Source: Saprospiraceae bacterium (GTDB lineage: Bacteria; Bacteroidota; Bacteroidia; Chitinophagales; Saprospiraceae). From it: a stretch of 64,000 bases of DNA. Position 1 is the first letter of the stretch, and every line of letters begins with the position of its first letter. Positions 1 through 9,416 of the stretch are shown in pieces. The DNA lies in NCBI GenBank assembly GCA_020630775.1, contig JAHDIN010000002.1, positions 108,607-172,606 on the forward strand, written 5' to 3'. The notes beneath the pieces were generated by a model. It made no database searches, was not told where the DNA came from, and saw only the letters and a list, made by a program, of their open reading frames with translations. A program made the position numbers and the translations under genes.

Positions 1-1673
1 AAATTAATGTCCAGAGACGTGGTATTGAGTCCAATTTTACTATAGTATCATCTGTGGGAAACGTAATAGCAAGTGATAATCCTGGAAGGCGCGGAGTAAT
101 AGATGTTAATGGTGGCGATTTGCAACAAAATGGTAGCGGTCCATTAGGATTTAATTTACCTGTTCAGTCAAATGGCGGTGGATCATGTATACGCGTGACT
201 GGTGCTAATAATCTTTTTATAAGAAATACCTCAATAGAAGGCGGTGTCAATGGAGTTTTATTAAACGGTTCTCAATCAACATTTGGAATTAGTGAGAATA
301 TTTTTGCAGCTTCTCAAAAAGGAGCGGTTATAAATAATTCTTCGGATATATCATTTGTAGAGAATGATTTAATTGGTATTCCAGACTTAGGTGTTGACTT
401 AGGTTTTAATTCAAGTCTATTTAGACCTGAGTGTAATGATTTGAATTCTTCAGTTGATATGGAACTCAAATCGACTATTAATAGAATGCTTAACGAACAT
501 CTTGGTAATTGTTTCGATGGCGATTTTGTCGATGGGACACAGTTGACAGGAAGCCAAGTTAATATGTCTAACTTTTTTGTAGATCCAAATGATGAGCCAT
601 GCTTTTTACCTAGTAATTTTGCACCTATTGAACTTTTTCAATCACAAGGTGGAGTGGATCCTTGTGGTAACAATCCTAATGTAGGCGGCGGTGGTGAAAG
701 TGCCGGATTATTATCTATTCCTAGCGCTATCTGTGATAGACTTGAGGTGTTAAATAATTTGAGATATGAGTCTGAAGACCCTCTAAATCAAATTTCTGAG
801 ATTATTGATTTAATTAATGCTGTAACTTTCAGATACGATGAATCAGAAATACCTTCTTGCATTAATGATTTTTTGACTAGCACAGATTTAATAGGCATAC
901 AACCATTAATTGAAATTGAAAAAAGTATCACAGCTTCATTATTTGGTTCAGAAAACCTGATTGATCAAATGAATTTATTGAACACTATTATTAGTAACAA
1001 ATTGACACAATATGAAAATTACGATCCAAACGCTGAAGGAAACTCCAATAGTCAGAAAGCGCATTTAAAAAGTGAATTATTTCAATTAGAAGCGGATTTT
1101 GTCGAACTTATGGATCAAAATAGTGATATCATTTTTCAAAACGAAGAATATGTCGAAAGTGTATATGTGCCACAAGAGTCTGAGTTAGATTCTATCAGTC
1201 TGTTACAAATACAAGCATACAAACTATACTCGGATCGGACATCTTTCTCTAGTAACCAACAAAATGCAATTATATCAAATGCTAAGTTGTGTTCTTATAA
1301 ATATGGCTTAGGTGTAAATCTTTTCAGAGCCTTGGCAGCTACTTTTTCGGATGAAATATTTGAGGATTATGATATCCTTGAATGTGGAGTTAATGAGTTA
1401 ATAGTGGACCAGCTTAGTAAACGCAGTGAAAATGATGATTATAGTGTATTTCCTAATCCAGTCAAAAGTGAGAATGAACTTGAGGTGAATTCTAGGCAAG
1501 AAATAAAATCATTTGATTTGATGTCAATAAATGGGCAAGTTGTAAAATCAAGAACTAATATTTCTAATGAGCATCTAAAGATTAATACAGCTAGTCTTAA
1601 TTCAGGTGTTTATGTTCTGCGGTTAATTTTAGAAGACGGTCAATTAAAAACTACGAAAATTGTCATTGAATAA
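1..1673 (+). CDS. T9SS type A sorting-domain secreted protein with beta-helix-like repeats (5' partial)
   Basis: ORF 54..1673. Its frame has no stop back to nt 3, so the gene probably starts upstream of the window. N/G/S-rich repeats (NLFIRNTSIEGGVNGVLLNGSQS, AVINNSSDISFVENDLIG) look like parallel beta-helix turns. The last ~75 aa (VFPNPVKSENELEV...GVYVLRLILEDGQLKTTKIVIE) fit the Por/T9SS CTD pattern. Confidence 0.7.
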   Translation, partial: INVQRRGIESNFTIVSSVGNVIASDNPGRRGVIDVNGGDLQQNGSGPLGFNLPVQSNGGGSCIRVTGANNLFIRNTSIEGGVNGVLLNGSQSTFGISENIFAASQKGAVINNSSDISFVENDLIGIPDLGVDLGFNSSLFRPECNDLNSSVDMELKSTINRMLNEHLGNCFDGDFVDGTQLTGSQVNMSNFFVDPNDEPCFLPSNFAPIELFQSQGGVDPCGNNPNVGGGGESAGLLSIPSAICDRLEVLNNLRYESEDPLNQISEIIDLINAVTFRYDESEIPSCINDFLTSTDLIGIQPLIEIEKSITASLFGSENLIDQMNLLNTIISNKLTQYENYDPNAEGNSNSQKAHLKSELFQLEADFVELMDQNSDIIFQNEEYVESVYVPQESELDSISLLQIQAYKLYSDRTSFSSNQQNAIISNAKLCSYKYGLGVNLFRALAATFSDEIFEDYDILECGVNELIVDQLSKRSENDDYSVFPNPVKSENELEVNSRQEIKSFDLMSINGQVVKSRTNISNEHLKINTASLNSGVYVLRLILEDGQLKTTKIVIE

Positions 1674-3177
1674 ATTAGTTGTAATAGCAATATCACTATC
1701 GTGCTTTATTCAAAGTGAAGTTTATACACAAAGTAATAAGCAAGATTACGTATGGCTATTCAGTAGTGATCCTGATACGTCAATAGGATTCGAATCTGTA
1801 ATAATGGACTTTAATCAGGCTGCAGAGAATATTCTGCAGCCTGTTCAAAATGTTATTCCTATTCAATTTAGTGGGAGTAATGCTAGTGTGTGTGATAGTG
1901 ATGGTAACCTATTGTTTTACACCAATGGTTGTCAGGTGGTCAACAAGAATCATGAGGTAATGCCCAATGGTCACGAGTTGACACGTACGCAATTTACGAT
2001 TGATAGAGGTGATACATGTATTTGGATGTCTGGTTGGCAGGATATCATAATATTAGAAGATCCTGCTTACGAATATGGATATTACATTTTACATCATTCG
2101 ACGCATACATCCACTCTGATTAGGGATTTGAGATATAGTTATGTTGATATGTTGTTGGATAATGGAAATGGGGATGTAACAGAAGCAAAAAATATTCCTC
2201 TGACAGATTTTAATGTTTTTGGTTCTTACCTAACTGCAATGAGACATGCCAATGGTAAGGACTGGTGGGTGGTCCAACCTACTCATGATGATGAGTTCTT
2301 AACTTTTTTGATAGACGAAGAAGGTATTCATATAATAGGTGGGCAAACATTTGATGTCGTATTTGATCCAATAAATGCAACATTAAGTGGAACAGCTCGA
2401 TTTTCACCAGATGGTAAAATGTATGCCTATTATAATTCTTTAGATGATCTATTGCTCTTTGACTTCAATAGAGAAAATGGTGAGTTAAGTAACCTTAAAA
2501 TAGTTGATGTCATAGATCCAGAAAGATGGTTTTGGACTTCAGTAGAATTTTCGCCAAACAGTGAATTCCTTTATGTATGTGCACATGATACTTTATGGCA
2601 ATATGAAATTAACGGATCCATTCCAAAAGAAAGGTTAAAAGTTGTAGGAATTTGGGATGGGAGTTTTGAGCCATTTGCGACGAATTTTCATCTGATGGCA
2701 TTGGCACCTGATTGTAAGATTTATATGGCCAGCTCAAGCAGTACAAAATACTATCATGTCATTCACGACCCAAATAAAAAAGGACGAGCATGTAATTTTG
2801 AACAGAAAGCTATTCAATTAGATCATTTTACAGCCTTAGCTACAATGCCCAATTTTCCTAGATGGCGTGTAGATGAAGAATATAAGTGTGATGCACTTTT
2901 GACGGGAACAAATGATAAAATAGGTCAGGAATCGCATTTAGATATATTTCCTAATCCTGTTACCAAAGGCGAAAAGTTGATCATCAAGTCTAGTCGTATT
3001 ATTGATCGATGTTTAATCTTTTCAGCTTCTGGAGCATTAATAGCTACTCCTGCCATTAATGCACATACCAATCAAAGTTATGAAGTTGATATTTCAGGTG
3101 TTGAGGAAGGTCTTTGTTTTATCAAGGTTGAATTCAAAGATGGTTCTCAATCGGTAAACAAAATTATTATCAATTAG
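1660..3177 (+). CDS. T9SS type A sorting-domain secreted protein
   Basis: 505-aa ORF with a TTG start overlapping the previous stop by 14 nt. It has a signal-peptide-like N-terminus (LNKLVVIAISLSCFIQSEVYTQ). The C-terminal ~75 aa (DIFPNPVTKGEKLIIKSS...GLCFIKVEFKDGSQSVNKIIIN) match the T9SS CTD pattern. Confidence 0.7.
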   Translation: MSLNKLVVIAISLSCFIQSEVYTQSNKQDYVWLFSSDPDTSIGFESVIMDFNQAAENILQPVQNVIPIQFSGSNASVCDSDGNLLFYTNGCQVVNKNHEVMPNGHELTRTQFTIDRGDTCIWMSGWQDIIILEDPAYEYGYYILHHSTHTSTLIRDLRYSYVDMLLDNGNGDVTEAKNIPLTDFNVFGSYLTAMRHANGKDWWVVQPTHDDEFLTFLIDEEGIHIIGGQTFDVVFDPINATLSGTARFSPDGKMYAYYNSLDDLLLFDFNRENGELSNLKIVDVIDPERWFWTSVEFSPNSEFLYVCAHDTLWQYEINGSIPKERLKVVGIWDGSFEPFATNFHLMALAPDCKIYMASSSSTKYYHVIHDPNKKGRACNFEQKAIQLDHFTALATMPNFPRWRVDEEYKCDALLTGTNDKIGQESHLDIFPNPVTKGEKLIIKSSRIIDRCLIFSASGALIATPAINAHTNQSYEVDISGVEEGLCFIKVEFKDGSQSVNKIIIN

Positions 3178-3215
3178 CAGATAAGCATTAAGTACTCATT
3201 TTAGGATATAAAAAA

Positions 3216-3240
3216 AATCCCGGTTGGAATGGCCGGGATT
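3216..3240. terminator. Bidirectional intrinsic terminator hairpin
   Basis: AATCCCGG (3216-3223) pairs perfectly with CCGGGATT (3233-3240) around a 9-nt loop. An A-run lies upstream, which is a T-run on the minus strand, and CTTTACTGTTTTT lies downstream. It sits between convergent genes ending at 3177 (+) and 3423 (-). Confidence 0.6.
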
Positions 3241-3422
3241 CTTTACTGTTTTTGGTATAACCAAAAAGTACTAGGATAAAAGACTTTGAACTACCCTTAA
3301 AAAGTCATTTTGGTTTATTAACAATGAAACGAACATATATTGTAGAAGGCTGCAGAGACAGGCTGTTACAAATCGATCATTGTCCGCACAATATATATAT
3401 TAATTAACAATACAATACAGAA

Positions 3423-3827
3423 TTAGGCTGATTTTATTCTAACAACTGTGAAAAATATAGCGGCCCAACAACCAATGAGTGCTAACCCACCAATTGGTGT
3501 GATAAAGCCTATCATTTTAAGGCTTTCTAGGCCAATAATATCTCTTAAGGAGAGTAAATAGAGGCTTCCAGAGAATAAACAGATCCCTCCTAAGAAGAAT
3601 AAACCAATCCAGAAAAAGCCCTTAATTCGGTAGCTTCTGTATAATAAGGCAGTGAAGAGAATAGCAAAAGTATGATAAAAGTGATATTCGACTGCTGTTT
3701 CGAAGGCACTATAGGATTTAGGTCCTAATTGGCTTTTTAAGAGATGACTACCAAAAGCCCCCATAATAACAGCCAGCATGCCTAATATGGATGCTATTAA
3801 AATCAATATTTTAAATCGCTTGTGCAT
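3423..3827 (-). CDS. DUF423 family small membrane protein
   Basis: 134 aa with four hydrophobic segments and a GAFGSHLLK motif near the end of TM1, typical of the DUF423/YgdD family. Confidence 0.7.
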   Translation of the reverse strand: MHKRFKILILIASILGMLAVIMGAFGSHLLKSQLGPKSYSAFETAVEYHFYHTFAILFTALLYRSYRIKGFFWIGLFFLGGICLFSGSLYLLSLRDIIGLESLKMIGFITPIGGLALIGCWAAIFFTVVRIKSA

Positions 3828-3830
3828 AGA

Positions 3831-4559
3831 CTAAATTAGACGCCAATTTATTTCTTCTTGGCCACTTTTCCTTAATAATTCATTACATCTAGAAAAATGT
3901 TTATTTCCAAAGAAAGCGCCACGAGCTAGAGGCGAAGGATGCGCTGCAGATAGCACATAGTGTTTACCTTCATCAATTAATACCTGTTTGCCTTGTGCGA
4001 ATTTTCCCCAAAGTAGAAATACAACATTGCTTTTTAAGTCTGAGATGTTTTTTATGACAGCATCAGTAAATTTTTGCCAACCCATACTTTTATGAGAACC
4101 TGCTTTTTTATGCTCGACCGTAAGCATGGCATTTAACAAAAAAACCCCTTCATTGGCCCAAGAGGTTAAGTTGCCATGATTTGGAATTTCAAATCCAATA
4201 TCCTCATGCATCTCCTTATATATGTTTTTTAGTGAAGGCGGTACCCTTATGCCTTCAGGAACTGAAAAACATAGACCCATGGCTTCGTCTGGATTGTGAT
4301 AAGGATCTTGACCAATAATGACCACTTTAACTTTGTCAAATGGTGTCAATTTAAAAGCATTAAATATTAAGCCACCAGGAGGATAGATTTTTGTACCCTT
4401 CTTTTTTTCTGACTTTAGAAAGTGTACAAGTTCAAGGAAATAGGGTTTATCAAATTCACTTGATAATACATTTTTCCAACTTTCTTCTATTTTAATTTGA
4501 TTTGCTTTCAGAATAAGTCTTTGATGAAAGATACTGAAATTAAGAATGTTTGCATTCAT
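3831..4559 (-). CDS. ung: Uracil-DNA glycosylase (family 1)
   Basis: GQDPYH and HPSPL motifs. It is collinear by eye with E. coli Ung from WKNVLSSEFDKPYF onward. Confidence 0.9.
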   Translation of the reverse strand: MNANILNFSIFHQRLILKANQIKIEESWKNVLSSEFDKPYFLELVHFLKSEKKKGTKIYPPGGLIFNAFKLTPFDKVKVVIIGQDPYHNPDEAMGLCFSVPEGIRVPPSLKNIYKEMHEDIGFEIPNHGNLTSWANEGVFLLNAMLTVEHKKAGSHKSMGWQKFTDAVIKNISDLKSNVVFLLWGKFAQGKQVLIDEGKHYVLSAAHPSPLARGAFFGNKHFSRCNELLRKSGQEEINWRLI

Positions 4560-4641
4560 TATCGAACATAAGGTGTTCGTTATCGCACAACATATATTTT
4601 TTTATAATATGTAAATAGTTAAAAATCTGGCATGTAGTTTC

Positions 4642-4656
4642 TGGCATATGTATTGG
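4642..4656 (+). promoter_or_regulatory. Candidate sigma-54 (-24/-12) promoter
   Basis: TGGCAT-N5-TTGG versus the consensus TGGCAC-N5-TTGC. It is the second of two TCTGGCAT boxes 14 nt apart. The operon downstream encodes a GAFTGA sigma-54 activator. The -12 box is imperfect. Confidence 0.25.
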
Positions 4657-5933
4657 CGATGCATTTAATAGATAATTTAAAATTAATGGATCGAGAAATT
4701 TCTAAAGCAGCAGTACTAAGGGGCAGACTCCAGTCGATTATTAAATATTTTTTCTTTGCCGCCCTGGTAGTTGTATCGGTTATTTATGGGAGATCATATT
4801 TGTCAATGAAGGGTAGTCAAAAAGATTTTAAGATTGTACAGGTAAAAAAAGGATCCATTCAATCAACTCTAGCAGCAAGTGGAACTATAGTTTCTTCATC
4901 CGAACGTGTTATTAACGCACCCATTACTACAGAAATAGAACAGGTATATCTTCAAACTGGAGCTCAGGTGAAAATTGGAGATTTAATTTTAGCTCTAGAT
5001 CAAGAGAATACGCAATTAGAGTATGAAAGATTACAAGATGAATTATCCTTAAGAAAGAACAATATTAAAAGATTAGGTCTGCAGTTTGATAAGGATCTAA
5101 ATGACCTTGAATATCAAGATGAAATTAAAGCTTTAAGATTGGATGAGTTACAGGCTCAAGTATCTGATCAAAAGCGTTTGCTAAAAATTGGTGGAGCCAC
5201 ACAAGAGGAATTAGAGTCCGCAGAATTAAAATTAAAAATCGAGCGCATCGAGAAGAAGATGCTTGAAAACGAATTGAAGTTCAAACGATCAGTCAATCAA
5301 AATGATAAAGACAATCTTACACTCGAATACAATATCCAATCTAAGCGACTCCAAGAGTTGGGAAATAAATTAAAAGAAACAGAAGTCAGGGCTACTAGCG
5401 AAGGTGTCATAACTTGGATAAATGAAGATATTGGTAAAACCGTGAATGTTGGAGAACCACTTGTCAAGCTGGCCAACCTAAATAAATTTAAAGTAGAAGC
5501 TATTACTTCTGAAAGGAATATGAGCATACTAGAAGTAGGTATGAAAACAGAAGTGAAGATTGGGAAAGAAAGATTGTATGGTCAAATCACGAGAATCCTT
5601 CCTGAATTAGAAAATAACTCGGTTAAATTTTACATCGCATTAGATGAGAATGATCATGAATCATTGCGTCCAAATCATAGGGTAGAAGTTAACGTTATTC
5701 GTTCGCAAAAAGATGATGTTTTAGTCGCACGCAGAGGCATGGGACTCAAAGGAACCACTACGCAATTTTTTTATAAAGTAGAACAACAAAATGCCAAAAG
5801 AGTAAGAGTAAAGAAAGGGCTTATCAGTTCAGACTATTTTGAAATTATTGAGGGTTTAGAAGAAGGAGATAAGATTATTGTTTCTGAAACTGAAGATTTT
5901 AATCACATGGATTCATTTACCATAAAAAGCTAA
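4653..5933 (+). CDS. Efflux periplasmic adaptor (HlyD/MacA-like membrane fusion protein)
   Basis: N-terminal TM anchor, a long coiled-coil-like Q/E/L/K-rich hairpin region and a C-terminal beta-barrel-like region. It is the first gene of the adaptor-TolC-ABC-FtsX cluster. The true start may be ATG 4659 or ATG 4686 rather than TTG 4653. Confidence 0.8.
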   Translation: MAMHLIDNLKLMDREISKAAVLRGRLQSIIKYFFFAALVVVSVIYGRSYLSMKGSQKDFKIVQVKKGSIQSTLAASGTIVSSSERVINAPITTEIEQVYLQTGAQVKIGDLILALDQENTQLEYERLQDELSLRKNNIKRLGLQFDKDLNDLEYQDEIKALRLDELQAQVSDQKRLLKIGGATQEELESAELKLKIERIEKKMLENELKFKRSVNQNDKDNLTLEYNIQSKRLQELGNKLKETEVRATSEGVITWINEDIGKTVNVGEPLVKLANLNKFKVEAITSERNMSILEVGMKTEVKIGKERLYGQITRILPELENNSVKFYIALDENDHESLRPNHRVEVNVIRSQKDDVLVARRGMGLKGTTTQFFYKVEQQNAKRVRVKKGLISSDYFEIIEGLEEGDKIIVSETEDFNHMDSFTIKS

Positions 5934-5935
5934 TT

Positions 5936-7396
5936 ATGAAAACAGTAATTCAGGTGATTGTCCATTTGTTATTAAGTACACTGATTTTTGGTCAAGTGAC
6001 AGTTGATTTAAATCAAGTATTACAACTTACATTAAAACAGAGTGCTAGCGTTCAAATAGCTCAATCAAATTATGATATCACGAGACTTGAAAATGATTTT
6101 TTTAATTCGAGCTTAAAGCCAACTCTAGAATTGGGTGCAAGTTTACCAAATTATATTTCTAGTTCAACACCAGTAACGCAACCTGATGGTTCACTGGCTT
6201 TTCAAAATGTTCAACAGTCAAATAGTTTTATTTCGTTAAATGCCAATTATCAGATTGTCAATACGAATACAACCATATTTGCTTCTAGCGATTTGCAAAG
6301 ATTTAATGACTTTCAAAGTAATTTAGTTTCTTACAATGGTGCGCCATTAAGGGTTGGGATTATCCAACCAATATTTGGCTTCAATAGTCTAAAGTATCAA
6401 CGCAAAATTCAAACATTAGAGTTGGAAGAAGCTTCGAGGCAATTGAATTTTACTATCGAAAAATCTTTATTTGAGGCAGTACAACTATACTTTGATATTC
6501 TAATTACGTTCCAAGATTTAGAGATAGCTAAGACAAATAAAACGATCAATAAAAATTTACTCAACATTACTGAAGAGCGATTAGCTTTAGGTAAGGTAAG
6601 TAGAGATGAAAAAATACAATTGGAAATTGAATATGGATCTACGCTTTTAGCAGTTTCTCAAGCTCAGTCAAATTATCAACAGAGCATTAATAATTTAGAT
6701 GTTTTTCTTGGTTCAACATTAGGTATAGAAAACACAAGCTTTCAAGTGCCTTATGAATTAACAATAGAGAAAAGCGACAGCGAATTCTTATTTCAGAAAA
6801 GTCAGATCAATAGATTGGGTCTAATATCATTTAAAAGAGCCCAAGCTGTTTTGGAAAGAGATTTTTCTAAAGCTAGATTTGATTTTGGTGTGCAGGCTGA
6901 AGTTCAAGCTTTTGCAGGGCTTAATAAATCCGGCAATAGGTTCAAGGATGTTTATCAACAACCCTTTGATGAGCAGATGATTAATATGCGCCTAAGAGTA
7001 CCAATTGTTGCATGGGGTCAACGTAAAGCCATCTTGAAAAGAATAAAAGCTGAGCAAGAGAATGGACAACTTAATTTTGATCAAAATAATCTCATACTAA
7101 AAAATGATATCCAATCTACTCTGATTGAGATCCGCCAAATTTATGACAACTTAGATTTAATTGAATCACTAACGAAAAGTGCTATAGAGAGATTTGAAAT
7201 TGCCAGTGATAGATATGTGTTGGGTGATCTTGATATCACGAATTTAACTTTAGCACAAAGAGAAAAAGATCAGGCGAAAAGAAATTATCTGATAGCTCTT
7301 AGAAATTTATGGTTGGGCTATTATAGAATTAGAGTATTAACAGGTTTTGATATATCCACAAATCAGAATATATATTATCAACAACGAAATAATTAA
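5936..7396 (+). CDS. TolC-family outer membrane efflux protein
   Basis: 486 aa with a signal peptide and two repeated helical/beta halves typical of TolC/OprM-family proteins. It lies 3 nt after the adaptor gene. Confidence 0.8.
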   Translation: MKTVIQVIVHLLLSTLIFGQVTVDLNQVLQLTLKQSASVQIAQSNYDITRLENDFFNSSLKPTLELGASLPNYISSSTPVTQPDGSLAFQNVQQSNSFISLNANYQIVNTNTTIFASSDLQRFNDFQSNLVSYNGAPLRVGIIQPIFGFNSLKYQRKIQTLELEEASRQLNFTIEKSLFEAVQLYFDILITFQDLEIAKTNKTINKNLLNITEERLALGKVSRDEKIQLEIEYGSTLLAVSQAQSNYQQSINNLDVFLGSTLGIENTSFQVPYELTIEKSDSEFLFQKSQINRLGLISFKRAQAVLERDFSKARFDFGVQAEVQAFAGLNKSGNRFKDVYQQPFDEQMINMRLRVPIVAWGQRKAILKRIKAEQENGQLNFDQNNLILKNDIQSTLIEIRQIYDNLDLIESLTKSAIERFEIASDRYVLGDLDITNLTLAQREKDQAKRNYLIALRNLWLGYYRIRVLTGFDISTNQNIYYQQRNN

Positions 7397-7399
7397 ACA

Positions 7400-8065
7400 A
7401 TGATAGAACTCGACAAAGTATCCAAGGTTTATACCACTAAAACGATTGAAACGACAGCTTTAAATGATATTTCTCTCAACGTAGCAAAGGGCGAATTTCT
7501 CAGCATCATGGGGCCTTCTGGTTGCGGTAAGAGCACACTTTTAAATATCATGGGCTTATTGGATGCTCCAAGTAATGGGCAGGTCAAAATAGATGGTCAA
7601 AACATATCTAATTATTTAGGGAAGCCTATGGCAAAATTCAGAAATGAAAAGCTGGGATTCATATTTCAAAGTTTTCATTTAATTGCTGACTTATCAGTTA
7701 TTGATAACGTTGAAGTGCCTCTTTTATATAGGAAAATTTCAGGTAAAGAAAGAAAAGAAATGGCTAGTCGTGCTTTGGATGCAGTAGGCCTTTCAAATAG
7801 AAAAAAACATTTTCCTTCTCAACTCTCTGGCGGTCAAAAGCAAAGAGTAGCTATTGCAAGGGCGATAGTAGGAGAGCCAAAAATCATTTTAGCTGATGAG
7901 CCCACTGGAAATTTAGATAGTGTTATGGGTGATGAGGTTTTAGATATTCTAAAGTATTTGAATGAGAAGGAGGATACAACAATAGTCATGGTTACACATG
8001 ATGAACGTATGGCAAGTAAAACAGATAGATTGATCAGATTATATGACGGTTCTCAAGTAGCTTAA
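7400..8065 (+). CDS. ABC transporter ATP-binding protein (MacB/LolD-like)
   Basis: Walker A GPSGCGKST, signature LSGGQKQRVAIARA and Walker B ILADEPTGNLD. Confidence 0.9.
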   Translation: MIELDKVSKVYTTKTIETTALNDISLNVAKGEFLSIMGPSGCGKSTLLNIMGLLDAPSNGQVKIDGQNISNYLGKPMAKFRNEKLGFIFQSFHLIADLSVIDNVEVPLLYRKISGKERKEMASRALDAVGLSNRKKHFPSQLSGGQKQRVAIARAIVGEPKIILADEPTGNLDSVMGDEVLDILKYLNEKEDTTIVMVTHDERMASKTDRLIRLYDGSQVA

Positions 8066-8075
8066 ATTTTATATC

Positions 8076-9416
8076 ATGATAGGAAATTATATAATATTAG
8101 CTTGGCGCGTCTTAAAAAGAAGAAGGTTCTTTTCCTTTATAAGTCTGTTTGGTATCAGTTTTACCTTAGGCATATTTATGGTCATCCTTTCGTTTTTACA
8201 AAGTGAGTTGGGGGATAATAAACCATTGAGTAATAAAGATGATTTGGTTTTTGTAAGTCATATTGGTTTGTCAAAACCTTATCATGATACAATTACAATT
8301 ATAGATACCGTTTTTTTAGAAGGCGTTGAAGTTTATGATACGACTTATGATATTAAAAGTGAAGGACGGTCAATGACAAACAGTCCCTTTAATTCTAGCT
8401 TAATACTTGAATATTTTTCTGATTTACCACCCGTTGAGCGTTATTCATTATTTAATCCACAAGAAACATTTAATGTCTATGTAAATGGCGTAAAGCTATC
8501 CATTGATGCAACATTTACCGATCATAATTATCTCCAAATATTTGATTATAAGATCTTGGAAGGTAGGCGGCTGTCTGAGGTTGATATTCAAGAAGCAAAT
8601 CCTGTTATGGTGATTTCTACTAAAACAGCAATGAACTATTTTGGAACACAATCAGGTCTTCTTGGCAGAGAAATTGAATTGGAAAAACAGACGTATAAGA
8701 TTATAGGTGTATTCGAACATAAGGCTAGATTTATACCTTATTTTTCTCCAGATGTGATTATTCCTTACACTTTGCAAAATCTAAATGAGCAGTATTCATA
8801 TTACTTTGGAAAGCATTTTATCATATTTGATAAGGAATCATCTGCAACTACTCAAGAAGTTAAGAATGCAATTGTGACCGCTTCTGATCGCATACCATTA
8901 GATCACCCTGACAATAGAAATAACTTCGAAACTATCGAGATGCGTTTGATGACATTTAATGAAATATTCGCTACGGGTATTTACTATCATAAAGATCCAG
9001 CGAAAGGATATAGAATTGTCAAGTGGATCATATTTGGTATTCTACTCTTTTTTATTTTGCTACCTACACTCAATTTAATCAACCTAAATGTGAGTCGTAT
9101 CATGGAAAGGTCATCAGAGATTGGTGTACGTAAAGCATTTGGAGCAAATAGAGGAAATATAATCTTTCAGTTTATAACAGAGAATATTGTCCAGACACTC
9201 ATAGGCGGGATTATGGGATTGGGATTGGCTCTTCTAATTATCAAAATATTAAATGATAGCGGCTGGTTAGGGAATGCAGGTTTAACGCTTTATCCAAAGT
9301 TCTTTTGGTATAGTTTCCTAGCTACTTTATTCTTCGGCATATTATCAGGATTGATACCCGCATTAAAGATGTCATCATTACATATTGTAAAAGCCTTAAA
9401 AGAAAGAACCATATGA
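8076..9416 (+). CDS. ABC transporter permease, FtsX/MacB-type
   Basis: N-terminal TM, a large periplasmic domain and a C-terminal FtsX-like three-TM bundle (SSEIGVRKAFGA motif). Confidence 0.8.
   Translation: MIGNYIILAWRVLKRRRFFSFISLFGISFTLGIFMVILSFLQSELGDNKPLSNKDDLVFVSHIGLSKPYHDTITIIDTVFLEGVEVYDTTYDIKSEGRSMTNSPFNSSLILEYFSDLPPVERYSLFNPQETFNVYVNGVKLSIDATFTDHNYLQIFDYKILEGRRLSEVDIQEANPVMVISTKTAMNYFGTQSGLLGREIELEKQTYKIIGVFEHKARFIPYFSPDVIIPYTLQNLNEQYSYYFGKHFIIFDKESSATTQEVKNAIVTASDRIPLDHPDNRNNFETIEMRLMTFNEIFATGIYYHKDPAKGYRIVKWIIFGILLFFILLPTLNLINLNVSRIMERSSEIGVRKAFGANRGNIIFQFITENIVQTLIGGIMGLGLALLIIKILNDSGWLGNAGLTLYPKFFWYSFLATLFFGILSGLIPALKMSSLHIVKALKERTI

Noticed and set aside
3324-3407. 27-codon ORF (MKRTYIVEGCRDRLLQIDHCPHNIYIN) in the gap downstream of the DUF423 gene
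   Set aside because: It has no recognisable promoter box, lies between a terminator and a convergent gene end, and shows no motif. I cannot distinguish it from chance in AT-rich DNA without conservation data.
4626-4642. First TCTGGCAT copy as a sigma-54 promoter
   Set aside because: Its -12 position reads TTCT, with both conserved G and C missing. Only the second copy is kept as a weak candidate.
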